Assembly: GCA_030059665.1 (NCBI GenBank)
Contig: JANVYR010000001.1
Coordinates: forward strand, 448,001-512,000
DNA: 64,000 bases
Direction: 5' to 3'
From: Candidatus Calditenuis fumarioli
Lineage (GTDB): Archaea > Thermoproteota > Nitrososphaeria_A > Caldarchaeales > Calditenuaceae
The notes below the pieces were generated by a model that was given only the letters and a program-made list of their open reading frames with translations, searched no databases and was not told the origin of the DNA. The position numbers and the translations under genes are program-made. Positions 47,023 through 56,963 of this stretch are shown here, piece after piece. Numbering within the stretch: position 1 is the first letter of the stretch; each line of letters opens with the position of its first letter.

Positions 47023-47916
47023 TTGAACGTCTACTGGACATCAGGAAGGCTGCTTCTGCGCGAGGTCGTCTTCGAGGCCGAGATGGTCAACACGGCCCCG
47101 CTCAGGGTCGGCGTCGGAAGAACTGCACCCCTCAAAGCACCCGTTGACCTCGCGGTCATCCGGATCAGACGAAACGGAAATGCTGAGGAGCCCTACGTCC
47201 CAGGATCTTCGCTCAAGGGGGTCTTCAGGACCAACGCCGAATTACTACTTCGCTTCAAGCGTCCCCGCGTCGCGCCCTGCAGCGGCCTCTCTAAGAACAC
47301 ATGCATGAACGTCAAGACCATAGGCGACAAGAAATTAATGGACGCGGTACAGGATTTGCAGCAAGAGGGGAAGAGCGAGGATGCGATGAAGCTCTTCTTC
47401 GAGAACGCCTGCCTACTCTGCAAGGTCTTCGGTGCTCCCTCCTACGCGGGCAGGGTCGTCTTCCAAGACGCTTATGTCAAGGGCCCCTTCAGGCTGGGGT
47501 TCCGGACGGGCATCGCGATAGACCGGAGGACGGGTGCCGTCTTCGAAAGACAGCTCTACCAAGTGGAGTACGTCGAGCCAGGTGCCAGGTTCGGGCTCGT
47601 AGTCTCGGCGAGGAACCTCCCGAACTACGCCATAGGCCTGCTGGCGAGGGTGCTTTTCATGCTGCACCAGGGCGAGATCCGGATCGGCGGCTTCAAGACG
47701 AGGGGCTTCGGCACCGTCAGGCTGGAGAGCCCCATCTTGAGGGTGAAGAACTACGCCGGCGGACAGGACCTCGAGCCGCTGGAGGACGTCGACGCTCCCG
47801 TGAGGCTGGGCGACATCTTCTCGGTAGAGGACGGACAGCACGTCGCCCGCGGTGACCGGGCGTGGGAGGCCCTCCGGAGGTTCGCGGAGGTGTGGGACGC
47901 TGTCAAGCTCAGTTAG
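47023..47916 (+). CDS. csm3: Cas7-group RAMP (Csm3-like)
   Basis: APLRVGVG...VD, PYVPGSSLKGVFR, CLLCKVFG, IAIDRRTG, IGGFKTRGFG. Start refined to TTG 47023. Confidence 0.9.
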   Translation: MNVYWTSGRLLLREVVFEAEMVNTAPLRVGVGRTAPLKAPVDLAVIRIRRNGNAEEPYVPGSSLKGVFRTNAELLLRFKRPRVAPCSGLSKNTCMNVKTIGDKKLMDAVQDLQQEGKSEDAMKLFFENACLLCKVFGAPSYAGRVVFQDAYVKGPFRLGFRTGIAIDRRTGAVFERQLYQVEYVEPGARFGLVVSARNLPNYAIGLLARVLFMLHQGEIRIGGFKTRGFGTVRLESPILRVKNYAGGQDLEPLEDVDAPVRLGDIFSVEDGQHVARGDRAWEALRRFAEVWDAVKLS

Positions 47917-47917
47917 A

Positions 47918-48850
47918 ATGATGGTCAGAAGGGATAGGCCGCGGGACAGGAGCCAGCTTTCTGGCGTACGGGGACTCCTCCGAATGAGGATCAGGACGGA
48001 GGGCTACCTCCACGTCGGAAGCGGGCTAGAGCGGCTTGAGATCCCTCCCGCGGACAGGTTGAAGGAAGAGCTGAGGAGGTACGGATGGAACGCTGCGGTC
48101 GAGCGATTGTCCCGTGAGATCTCGAGGGGCTTCATGGAGATGGTCCTCGTGAACGGGAGGCCGTGCGTTCCTGGCTCGAGCGTGAAGGGGAACGTCAGGT
48201 CCCGGATAGAGCTCAGCATCGTTGCGAGGAACGGCGCGGTCAGGTCCTGCTACGTCAGGGCGTCGCCACCGCAGCTCGCGTCTGACAGGAGGGCGTGGCG
48301 TCACAGGGCGATCTGGGGCAATGAGGTGCTGAGGGAGGACAGGGGACCACCATGCGACCTGACGAGAGGGAGCAGCGTCTGCCTGGTATGTGACCTCTTC
48401 GGAACCGCAGGGTTGAAGGGGCTGATCGAGTTCGGCGACTTCGTCGGCGAGGACGTCGAGCTGGAACCCGTCGAGGGACAGTTCGGGCTGAAGCTCATGG
48501 CCGCCAAACCGGGCTCTCAGTTCATCGGGAACGTGTCGTTCACCAACCTCAGGCCCTGGGAGCTGGGCTTGCTTCTCTTCGGCATGGGCATCAGGAACGG
48601 GCCTGTGGGCGAGCAGGTCCTTCTTGGTCGGCTCAAGTACGTCGGCGCAATCGGAAACAGGCCCATCGGCAGGGTGAGGTACGTACTCGACGCCATCGAG
48701 CTCTCGCAGTACTCGGAACCGCTCTTCGACCTGAAACCCGGTCAGGTGCGGAGCGGCGAGAGCCTGAGCGGTGTCATCGTGAAACTGATGGAGGAGCTGA
48801 GGAAAGAGATGGGAGAGGAGCTGAGGTGGTCTGTGAAGGAGGTCAGGTGA
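47918..48850 (+). CDS. cas7: Cas7-group RAMP (Csm5-like)
   Basis: YLHVGSG, PCVPGSSVKGNVRS, CLVCDLFG, LGRLKYVG. Confidence 0.8.
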   Translation: MMVRRDRPRDRSQLSGVRGLLRMRIRTEGYLHVGSGLERLEIPPADRLKEELRRYGWNAAVERLSREISRGFMEMVLVNGRPCVPGSSVKGNVRSRIELSIVARNGAVRSCYVRASPPQLASDRRAWRHRAIWGNEVLREDRGPPCDLTRGSSVCLVCDLFGTAGLKGLIEFGDFVGEDVELEPVEGQFGLKLMAAKPGSQFIGNVSFTNLRPWELGLLLFGMGIRNGPVGEQVLLGRLKYVGAIGNRPIGRVRYVLDAIELSQYSEPLFDLKPGQVRSGESLSGVIVKLMEELRKEMGEELRWSVKEVR

Positions 48851-48851
48851 G

Positions 48852-51542
48852 ATGCCGCTGGAGTTCAGGTCCCCCGGCTTCCCGGTGTTCAAGGCACACG
48901 TCGTCCCTTTGCGCGGAGGCCACCACTCTGCCGAGATGACGGAGCAGGACGTGCGAGATTGGGAAAGGGTTCTGTACTTGATGAACCAGTTCCTCCGGTT
49001 GCTGACAGGAATCTCCGAGAAGATGAAGGTTGATCGCACCAAGCACGAGAGGTACGAGTTCATCGGCGACGCGATAACGTGGTTCCTCAGGATACCTCTG
49101 ATGAGGGCTCCGCTGATGGGCCTTGTTCCTCACCCCTTCACCTACTACATGGTGTTCAGGCTCATGCACCCGAGGACGGGGAAGGAAGTCGAGACCGACA
49201 CGTTGACCTTCGTTGAGAGGTGCTTTGAGTACAGCGAAACAGCGGAAAGGTTGAGCGAGACAGTCCACGAAGTTACGAAATTGCTCGGCAGGCTCTGGTT
49301 CAGGTTGCCGGCGGACACTAGACCCGTGTACAACACCTCTGGACTCATACCGCACATGCTCCTGACATCGGCGATAGCCTGGGGTATGGTGGCCGACAGG
49401 GGCTTGAGCCGGGAAGACGCTGGGAAGCTGAGGCTCTCGGCCGTCTTCCACGACGCCTCGAAGCCCTTCGACTTCGAGCGACATTATTGTTTGGCGCCCG
49501 ACGTCATCCGCATCGCTCTGGACGGTGTACTGGCAGAAAAGGACATCGCTGAGCTTGAGTCATTCGTGAGGACTCACCACCTCCAGTCGGAGACCGAGCT
49601 GGGCAAGGTGCTGCATCAGGCGGACGTCATCGCAGCGGCATCCGACAGGCTGAGCTCGATCGCAAGGGAAGTGATCTATCCGAAGATCAGGGAGATGGGG
49701 GAAAACCCAGAGGTGGGATATGGCTCCGGGTCCTCAGCCTGGGAGTTCTGGAGGCAGCTGGAGCGCAAGAGGCCGGGGACGATGCTCGAGCTCACCGAGG
49801 AGGGCGCTAGGGCGGTCCTGAGTTCCGGGGTGAAGTCGCTCAGGAGAAGCGCTGCTGCAGAGAATCACGAGACCAACCTTGACGTCTGCCTCATCGATGT
49901 TGGCTCCATACAGGACTTCGTCATGGGGAGCAGCGATTTAAGGTCGGTTGCAGCCGCGAGCCTCGCCGTCGACTTCGCGACGCTGGCACACATACCGCTT
50001 CTGATCCAGTTCACGCTCTCAGACGAGAACGTCTGGGTACCGCTCGAGGCCTTCATGGTGGTCTCCGGCGGAACCATAACCGCCCTCCTTCCGCGCCGTG
50101 TGGCGGATCGGCTCAGGAGGGAATGGAGGGAGAGGATCGCACGGCACCTGGACGAGATCGAGCTCCGGACCTACTTCGCATCCTCGCCGTTCACCGGGAA
50201 CTACGTGAGGGACTCGGCAGAATTGGCAAAAAGGACGTACATCGAGAAGCTGGTTTCGGAGCCAGCGTCGATCAAGGTCCAGGTTCCCGAGGTGAGGGGG
50301 TTCGCGCCGAGGCTGTGCGTCAGCTGCCACACGAGGCCAGCCACAGATGAGGAGGGAAGGTGCCACGTCTGTGCGAAGCTCCGCAGGATCGGGACCGAAT
50401 TTCACTTCGGTAAAAAGTGGAATTCAGGATTCGAGCTGACGGTCGACGGTCGGACCGAGCAGATCGTCCCGCGCAAGTGTTACGAGATGGAGTGGGAAAG
50501 GGCGAGGGAGGGCGACGTGATGTACGTGATTGCCGGTCACGATGGCCCGTTCCTCGAACCCGGCGAGAGGGAGCGGAACTACGCAGTCGTGAAGGTCGAC
50601 GGTAACCTGATGGGCCCCTTCTTCGCGGAGACAGTCTCGCCAACAGACCTCCTCGAGCGGAGCGCGAGGGTCGACATCGCCCTGAAGTCCGCGATCGAGA
50701 TGGCCTTAGCTGAGCTCTTCAGCGAGGTGAGCGGGATCTCGCAGGACGATGCGAGGAAAGCGGTGGCAGCCTGCTTCCTCGGGACGCTCTACGCAGGCGG
50801 TGACGACGCCCTCATCCTGTGTCCGAGCTGGTGCGCCATCCACCTCGCTTCCAGGGTCTCTCAGCACTTCTCGGAGGAGCTCGGTGGTGTGAGGGCGCTT
50901 AGCGCAGGTGTTGCTGCCGCACCTGCGGAGCACAGCGTCTGGGCGCTGATCGAGGCTGCCTCCTGGCTGCTCGAGGTGGCTAAGAAAAAGGTGGGACGCG
51001 AACAGCCATCGGTTGGCGGCATAGCGTTCGACTTCGTCGAGGGTGGAATCCTCTCAGGTTCGTCGGCCGCGGCGAGACACGCGAAGGCCGAGGAGGCAGG
51101 GATCACCCTCCAACCTTACGCGATTTGGGACTCCGGTTCGAGGCCGAACCTCTCAGAGCTGATGGGGACGTTGCTGAATGACACAGGTTTCGGTTACGCG
51201 TACAAGGCATCCCGCGTCAAAGGAGGAAGTGAATACGAGGAGGTGAGGAAGTACCTCAAGAGGCTGAGGGAGGCTGCGGTCGAATCGATCGGCGTCTCCC
51301 GGAACTTCGCGGGCATCTCGTCCGGATCCGAGGTACTCGTGATACACGTAAGCAGGATGGCTGCTAGGGAAGGGAGCGAATCGGCTGAGCAGTCCGAACG
51401 TCTATCGGCTAAGCGGTACGAACGTCTGATGGAACTCGTGAGGTGGTCGATCTCCCGCGCAATGGTCGAAGGTGGCAGGCTGGCGGTCCCGCTCGCAGAC
51501 GTCCTCACCCTGATCAAGTTCCTGGGAGGTGGAACGATGTGA
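48852..51542 (+). CDS. cas10: Type III Cas10 (HD nuclease + Palm cyclase)
   Basis: PADTRP...LIPH...FHD HD domain; CVSC...CHVC zinc finger; KVDGN; YAGGDD. Confidence 0.95.
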   Translation: MPLEFRSPGFPVFKAHVVPLRGGHHSAEMTEQDVRDWERVLYLMNQFLRLLTGISEKMKVDRTKHERYEFIGDAITWFLRIPLMRAPLMGLVPHPFTYYMVFRLMHPRTGKEVETDTLTFVERCFEYSETAERLSETVHEVTKLLGRLWFRLPADTRPVYNTSGLIPHMLLTSAIAWGMVADRGLSREDAGKLRLSAVFHDASKPFDFERHYCLAPDVIRIALDGVLAEKDIAELESFVRTHHLQSETELGKVLHQADVIAAASDRLSSIAREVIYPKIREMGENPEVGYGSGSSAWEFWRQLERKRPGTMLELTEEGARAVLSSGVKSLRRSAAAENHETNLDVCLIDVGSIQDFVMGSSDLRSVAAASLAVDFATLAHIPLLIQFTLSDENVWVPLEAFMVVSGGTITALLPRRVADRLRREWRERIARHLDEIELRTYFASSPFTGNYVRDSAELAKRTYIEKLVSEPASIKVQVPEVRGFAPRLCVSCHTRPATDEEGRCHVCAKLRRIGTEFHFGKKWNSGFELTVDGRTEQIVPRKCYEMEWERAREGDVMYVIAGHDGPFLEPGERERNYAVVKVDGNLMGPFFAETVSPTDLLERSARVDIALKSAIEMALAELFSEVSGISQDDARKAVAACFLGTLYAGGDDALILCPSWCAIHLASRVSQHFSEELGGVRALSAGVAAAPAEHSVWALIEAASWLLEVAKKKVGREQPSVGGIAFDFVEGGILSGSSAAARHAKAEEAGITLQPYAIWDSGSRPNLSELMGTLLNDTGFGYAYKASRVKGGSEYEEVRKYLKRLREAAVESIGVSRNFAGISSGSEVLVIHVSRMAAREGSESAEQSERLSAKRYERLMELVRWSISRAMVEGGRLAVPLADVLTLIKFLGGGTM

Positions 51543-52186
51543 GGAGGTTCACCGTGAGGCTAAGGCCGATCGGGCTCCTGACGGTCGGAGGCTCTCATCC
51601 GGAGCTGGCCGGCGCTGACATCGCGTTCGTCACCACATCGGTGGACGGCCGGGAGGTGGTCTACGTTCCGGCGTCGAGCTTCAAGGGCGCGCTCAGGTCG
51701 TCCGCCAGCAGGGTAGCCGAGAGGTACGGATTCAGGTCGTGCGGCCAGACGAGCCCAGAGCTGATGCAGAGGGCCCACGCGGGATCCGGGACGTGCGACG
51801 TCTGCAGGCTCTTCGGCGTCCCCTCGAGGAACCCGAGCCAGCACCTGTTCTTCGACGACCTGCTTCCGGATGGGAGCCTGACGTCTCGTCAGCTGATAAC
51901 GCGGGTCAGGATAAACGACCGCTCGATGAGGGCCGAGGATGGCGGACTTTACACATCGGAGGCCGTCTATTCCGGCGAGTTCACAGGTCAGGTGAGGTAC
52001 AGCGAGGAAGTCGTTGAGCTGCTTCCGCTCCTGCTGCTGGGCCTCGCGGAGCTGAGGATGGACCGCTTCGGTCGGAGGTCATCGGTGGACCTGAGGCTGG
52101 AGGGGACTGACCAGCTGAGGCAGGACCTCGGGCGTGAGTGGCACCCGCTGCTGGACGCTCTGGAGGGATGGCTTTGGCAGCCCTGA
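51539..52186 (+). CDS. cas7: Cas7-group RAMP
   Basis: LLTVGG...AD, YVPASSFKGALRS, CDVCRLFG, VRINDRS...GGLY. Start GTG 51539 overlaps the cas10 stop. Confidence 0.85.
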   Translation: MRRFTVRLRPIGLLTVGGSHPELAGADIAFVTTSVDGREVVYVPASSFKGALRSSASRVAERYGFRSCGQTSPELMQRAHAGSGTCDVCRLFGVPSRNPSQHLFFDDLLPDGSLTSRQLITRVRINDRSMRAEDGGLYTSEAVYSGEFTGQVRYSEEVVELLPLLLLGLAELRMDRFGRRSSVDLRLEGTDQLRQDLGREWHPLLDALEGWLWQP

Positions 52187-53295
52187 GGGTTTACGAGGTG
52201 AGGGTGAGGATCCTGAGCCCGACGATAATCACAAGGCGTAGGACGGAGAACGGCTTCCTCGGGCCCCTCGACTACATACCGGCCCAGACGTTGAGGGGTG
52301 CGGTCGTCAGCTCGCTCTTCATGGAAGGGCTGATGGACCGAAACAGGATGAGGGCAGAGGAGGAGGTGCCGACGGTCTTCTCGAGCCCAGCCTATCCTGT
52401 CATCGGTGGAGCGAGGACCTACCCCGCTCATCCGTTCGCGATGGAGTGCAAGGTCTGCGCTGAGAAGGGAGAGGCGACGCTCGTTGGCGAGCTGGACCCG
52501 ACGAAGCTGGAGGATTCCCTTGCGGAGCAGCGCGATCTCGAGCTCGTTCCGGTCGAGTGCGGGAGCGGCCACAGGGCCCTCAAACCCCTCCACCCGAACA
52601 AGTTCCTGGTGCTCGAGGGAGGGAAGTTCTCGGCTCCGAAGGAGAGAAGGGGAGGCGCGAGGGCTGAGGGTGGGGGCCGTGCCAGCGCGGAGAAATCCCA
52701 CTCGGTCTCTGTCGCGATCAGCAGGGGCAGGGCCGCGGGCATCAAGGGCATGCTCTACCACTACGAGTTCCTGATGCCGGGGAAGGAGTTCTGGGCGACG
52801 CTGGTCCTCCCAGCGGAGCTGAGCATTCCGGGAAACGGTCTCCAGCTAATGATCGGACGCGGCGTCTCGAGGGGCTTCGGGAGGGCGAGGATGCACGTCG
52901 TGGGTGAGGTGACCTCCTCCTTCAGCGGAACCGTTAAGGTCCTCTACGCTCTCTCGCCAACGCTTGGAGCCTCCGACGGTAATTCCACTTATCCTTCCAC
53001 AATAGAACTGCGTGATGTTGCCCGCAGGTTCGGGCTTGAGGCGGAAAGGACCGTTCGCGTATCGAGGGCCTACGGCAGGACGGTTTGGGTCAGCGCGGGC
53101 TGGAGCATGGTCCGAGGGGAGCCGAGGCCCAGAGTCCTTTGCAGGGCGCAGGGATCGCTACTGGTTTTGGAAGAACAGGTGGAGGGCGAGGCGTCGAAAG
53201 CGTTATCGCTGCTGAGGTACACGGGAACGGTGACCGAACTGAATGGCCGGAAGGTCTTCGGCTTCAATCACCTGGTGCCCCTGGGGTGTATGTGA
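52168..53295 (+). CDS. cas5: Cas5-group RAMP (Csx10/Csm4-like)
   Basis: LSPTII, DYIPAQTLRGA, YPAHP, IGRGVSRGFG, GWSM....PR. Confidence 0.8.
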   Translation: MALAALRVYEVRVRILSPTIITRRRTENGFLGPLDYIPAQTLRGAVVSSLFMEGLMDRNRMRAEEEVPTVFSSPAYPVIGGARTYPAHPFAMECKVCAEKGEATLVGELDPTKLEDSLAEQRDLELVPVECGSGHRALKPLHPNKFLVLEGGKFSAPKERRGGARAEGGGRASAEKSHSVSVAISRGRAAGIKGMLYHYEFLMPGKEFWATLVLPAELSIPGNGLQLMIGRGVSRGFGRARMHVVGEVTSSFSGTVKVLYALSPTLGASDGNSTYPSTIELRDVARRFGLEAERTVRVSRAYGRTVWVSAGWSMVRGEPRPRVLCRAQGSLLVLEEQVEGEASKALSLLRYTGTVTELNGRKVFGFNHLVPLGCM

Positions 53296-54272
53296 TGCAC
53301 CTCAACTCCCTCCGGTACAAGACCGTGGCGGTCTTCACCTTCCGCGTCAGGAACCCCCTCCACATCGGGACAGGCGAGTTCGGAGCCGTCAAGAGGATAC
53401 TGAGGATCGGCGACGGAGTCCTGATTCCCTCCTCAACGTGGAAGGGCGCCATCAGGAACGTGGCTGAGAAATTGGCTCGAGGCATGATAGCTCAGCTCGG
53501 TGGCCTCGAGAGGTTGGCGCTCGCATGCTACCGGGAGGAGTCCGGGGAAATCCGTTACGAACTCGACAGAGGACACCTGGAGCGGCTCTTCGGGCATGAG
53601 CGGGCCGCGCTGATCGAGGAGGAGTACAGGAGGGCGAGGGAGGAGTTCAAGAGGATTCTGAGAGAGCAGCTGGAGATCTACTTTAGAGGGGACGGGCTGG
53701 ACGGTATCGGGAATGAGCTGAGGACGCTTCTCGACATCGGTTACAGGCCGGAGGATCTGACCGACCACAGGAGGTTCCAGCTCGACGAGGCGTTCGCCGA
53801 GTACCTCGCCTACCACTGCCCGATCGGCCGCTTATTCGGCAATAGAGTGCTTTCGGGAAAGGTGAGACCCCAGGACACTCTCCTGATGCCCGAACGGATA
53901 GAGCTCAAGCCGGGCGTCGGGATCGATCGGAGGTCCGGAAAGGTCAGCGAGGGGCATCTGAGGTTCCTCGAGACGATACCGCCTGGAACAGAGGTGAAAC
54001 TCACGCTCGTCGCGGACAACCTCTTCCCGGGCGATGCGGACTCGAGGCTGATGGCAGGGGTTCTCGAGTGGATCAAGGATTTGGGGCTTCAGATCGGCAC
54101 TGGGAAGAGCACCGGACTGGGTCTGCTCGAGCTGGAGAGCGGCGAGGTCTGGCACTGGGAGCTCGGCGGGGACGCTGACTCAAGGGGAGCTGTCCTCGCG
54201 AACCCGTTCAGATCCGGCCTCAGGCCCATGGACGTCAAAGCCTTCGTCTCCCTGCTCAGGTCGGTAGGGTGA
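53295..54272 (+). CDS. cas7: Cas7-group RAMP with large helical insertion
   Basis: PLHIGTG, LIPSSTWKGAIR, CPIGRLFG, GVGIDRRSG, IGTGKSTGLG. Confidence 0.85.
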   Translation: MHLNSLRYKTVAVFTFRVRNPLHIGTGEFGAVKRILRIGDGVLIPSSTWKGAIRNVAEKLARGMIAQLGGLERLALACYREESGEIRYELDRGHLERLFGHERAALIEEEYRRAREEFKRILREQLEIYFRGDGLDGIGNELRTLLDIGYRPEDLTDHRRFQLDEAFAEYLAYHCPIGRLFGNRVLSGKVRPQDTLLMPERIELKPGVGIDRRSGKVSEGHLRFLETIPPGTEVKLTLVADNLFPGDADSRLMAGVLEWIKDLGLQIGTGKSTGLGLLELESGEVWHWELGGDADSRGAVLANPFRSGLRPMDVKAFVSLLRSVG

Positions 54273-55771
54273 TGACAGCGGCCCAGGCGTCGGGCGTCCG
54301 ACCCAAGAGGCTCATCGTCTATCAGCTCCTGGGGAAACTAGAGACCTACAGGGTGACCCGGTACAGAGTGGGGGGCAGTGGTCGTGAGGTGGAGAGCTGT
54401 TTCTCCTCCGTCGCGATAGCAGATCACTACGCATTTGATCAGGGGATATCCGAATGCGAGATCAGGTTCTTCGCGCCCATAAGCCTCATCTCCCCGCGGA
54501 CGGACTCGAACGGCTTCCTGGACCTGGAGGTCTTCAGGGAAAAGATAGATGCATGGATCAGGCGGGTTGAGAAGGACGTTCGCTGGAGAGCTGAGATCGT
54601 CCCGCTACCCGCCTTCGGGAGCTACAAACCTGAGGACGGCGATCAGACCGTCTGGACCTACAACGCGACTCTCGGTTCCGTCGCAGCTGCTGCGCTGGTG
54701 GACATGTTGCGGTCGACGCACCTCATCAGGGAAAGGGACCAGGAGGTGCATCTGGTGCTAAACGTCTCGACCGGTCACAACTCCTACATACCGTCGCTGA
54801 TCGAGGCCCTCAAGGCTTTGCTGGTGCTTGACGGCGCTCTGTCGCTCGGAAAGGGGGGCGTCGTGGTCGATGCCTGCTATGCAGCGGTGGACGCGATGCG
54901 GCAAGAACCCGGATCGGTGCTGAACGTCTACCTGCTCAAGACCTCGGCGAAGTTCTTCATCGACTATCCCTTCGAATGGAAGGACATTGGGGGGAAGAAC
55001 TATACGCTCAAAGAGCTTTGCCGTGAGTCGGCAAATGTTCTACCCGAGACTCTTAAGATCGAGGCCAGACCTGTTCTGAAGCGAACGAATAAAGTCCTAG
55101 TCAAGGGGTTAAAGGCCTTTAACGCGTTCAGGTACGGAGCTCCTCTGGCGCTGCTGGACCGGAGACTGATCTCACTGGACTCACAGGAGGCCCTCGGATG
55201 CGCGGAGGAGGTCTTGAGCTTGGTCGATAAGATCCTGAGACCGACCGTCTCCGGGACGGTGATCTCGGTCCCCTATGTGGACTTCAACCAGCTGAGGTCG
55301 CTTCTGATCGCGTTCGCCATCGCTGCAGCCATATCGAGCAAGGTCTCGGAGCTGGGTGACTTTGATCCCCAGAGAGGTGTTCCGCTGGAAACGTTAGAAA
55401 GGTTCTCCCGCCTCTACGAGGATCTACCCGAGCTGAAGATCAACTCGAGACTGCTTTCGAAGGAGCTGCTGGAGCTGAAAACGCTCTCGTCTGAGGTCTC
55501 TTCAACAAGTTGGCAGAAGCTGAAAACTCTTAGGGAGCAGCGCGAGGCGAAATCCAAGGAGGGGGCGCTGAGGAAGGAGAGGCCCTCTCGCGATGACGAG
55601 AAATCCGAAGGGAAGGGATATCCCCAGACAAGCGACGAGAAGAGGAACTTCTACGCCCACGCAGGCCTGTCGAGGAACGAGGTCGAGGTGATGAAGGAGG
55701 GAGAGAAGATCCTTCTGAGATACAACGAGGACCGGATACCTGTGATAAAGAATTGGTTGCTGGAGCCCTAA
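54269..55771 (+). CDS. csx1: Csx1 CARF-HEPN ribonuclease
   Basis: CARF motif LNVSTGHNSY (DxTHG variant) and HEPN RNFYAHAG (R-X4-H). Confidence 0.88.
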   Translation: MMTAAQASGVRPKRLIVYQLLGKLETYRVTRYRVGGSGREVESCFSSVAIADHYAFDQGISECEIRFFAPISLISPRTDSNGFLDLEVFREKIDAWIRRVEKDVRWRAEIVPLPAFGSYKPEDGDQTVWTYNATLGSVAAAALVDMLRSTHLIRERDQEVHLVLNVSTGHNSYIPSLIEALKALLVLDGALSLGKGGVVVDACYAAVDAMRQEPGSVLNVYLLKTSAKFFIDYPFEWKDIGGKNYTLKELCRESANVLPETLKIEARPVLKRTNKVLVKGLKAFNAFRYGAPLALLDRRLISLDSQEALGCAEEVLSLVDKILRPTVSGTVISVPYVDFNQLRSLLIAFAIAAAISSKVSELGDFDPQRGVPLETLERFSRLYEDLPELKINSRLLSKELLELKTLSSEVSSTSWQKLKTLREQREAKSKEGALRKERPSRDDEKSEGKGYPQTSDEKRNFYAHAGLSRNEVEVMKEGEKILLRYNEDRIPVIKNWLLEP

Positions 55772-55826
55772 TGATCGCAATTCCCGATCTGGGTTAAGGC
55801 TGGTTTTTGGTGGCGAAGGAACCCTA

Positions 55827-56636
55827 TCATGGGTCAGAGAAGGCCACCCAGTAGATCACCCTGCCGAATTCGGTCATCTCGTACTTGCCGTCCCTCTCCC
55901 TGATCAGCATGAGGTCCTCGAGCATCCGCTCGGCGACCTCCTTACCGTACCTCCTCTCGAACTCTGACGCATCCATTGACCCCCTGCTGAGGTCCATCAG
56001 CGCAGACCTGTAAACCCTATCGAGGACGTCCTCCCTCCAATCGATCGGGAGCGGCGGGATGAAGACGGTGGTCCTGAAGTCCTCGTGCCTGTAGTAGACC
56101 GGCTTGCCCATGACGAATGCCAGGATGCTTAGGGCCGTCCCCTCGGGCTTGTATCCGCCGGTCGCGTTGACCAGGACCGCATCTTCCCTGTGCTTCTTGA
56201 TGAGCTCGTGCGTCACGAGCAGGAGGTTCTGGAGGCCCCTCTCCCTGAATTCCTCCTCGTTCCTGAAGCCCTCGATCCTCCTCCTCTCGGCCCTGATGCC
56301 CGATCTGTTCAGGTGCCGCTCGAGAACCGTACCGCAGACCTCTCCCACCTCCGTGTCCGTGTGGAGGAGATAGACCAGATCCACGAGCCTCCTATCGATG
56401 TGCTCCGACATCGAGGTTAGCTCGGCGCATGCCGCGTTTCCTTTTCGTGAGACGTACGAGAGCAGCGCCTCGACCAGCTCCCTTCGAGTGGGCCTTCCGT
56501 CCCTGAGGGCGTTCTCGACGTCCCGCACGCTCGATGCGTTGGGGAGCAGCTGTTTGACGTTCTGGTCATCCCTCAAAGCGTTCGTCAGCAGGCTCGCGCC
56601 TACCGTGACTATGTGGACGCGAACCCTCCTCGGCAA
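55827..56636 (-). CDS. crn1: CARF ring nuclease, SSO1393/APE2256 family (Crn1-like) with C-terminal wH
   Basis: IVTVGASLL, AELTS, HTDT..G..C, VNATGGYKPE, VYY.HE.F...V..PPLP. Start refined to TTG 56636. Confidence 0.75.
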   Translation of the reverse strand: MPRRVRVHIVTVGASLLTNALRDDQNVKQLLPNASSVRDVENALRDGRPTRRELVEALLSYVSRKGNAACAELTSMSEHIDRRLVDLVYLLHTDTEVGEVCGTVLERHLNRSGIRAERRRIEGFRNEEEFRERGLQNLLLVTHELIKKHREDAVLVNATGGYKPEGTALSILAFVMGKPVYYRHEDFRTTVFIPPLPIDWREDVLDRVYRSALMDLSRGSMDASEFERRYGKEVAERMLEDLMLIRERDGKYEMTEFGRVIYWVAFSDP

Positions 56637-56963
56637 GTCGGGCCACCTTCGGTTCAGGCGGATGGCCCGGCCTATAAGAGCGTTCCGAGACTTTCTGACG
56701 TCACGGGGTGAGCGCATCTTCCTGAAGTTTTGATGTGTTATCGTGCTGCATTCATAGCCTCCAAATCCGCGAACTCCCTCACATCAACCTCCTGATGGAG
56801 ATCCAACCCGATCCGCATCCCGTGCCGCCCTCTCTCCGAACGCATTACCCACGGCTCCTCCAGGGACTCATCGGGGTCCATTTTTCAAGCTGCGGGTGTG
56901 AGTTACGGGGATCGGCGAACAGCGCAATGGCGCTCCCTGCGATGACCTAGGGTTTCTCCGACG

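Noticed and set aside
56738-56881. Minus-strand 47-aa ORF MDPDESLEEPWVMRSE... between the ABC genes and the ring nuclease
   Set aside because: No identifiable domain; could be a gene remnant, but there is no evidence to call it.
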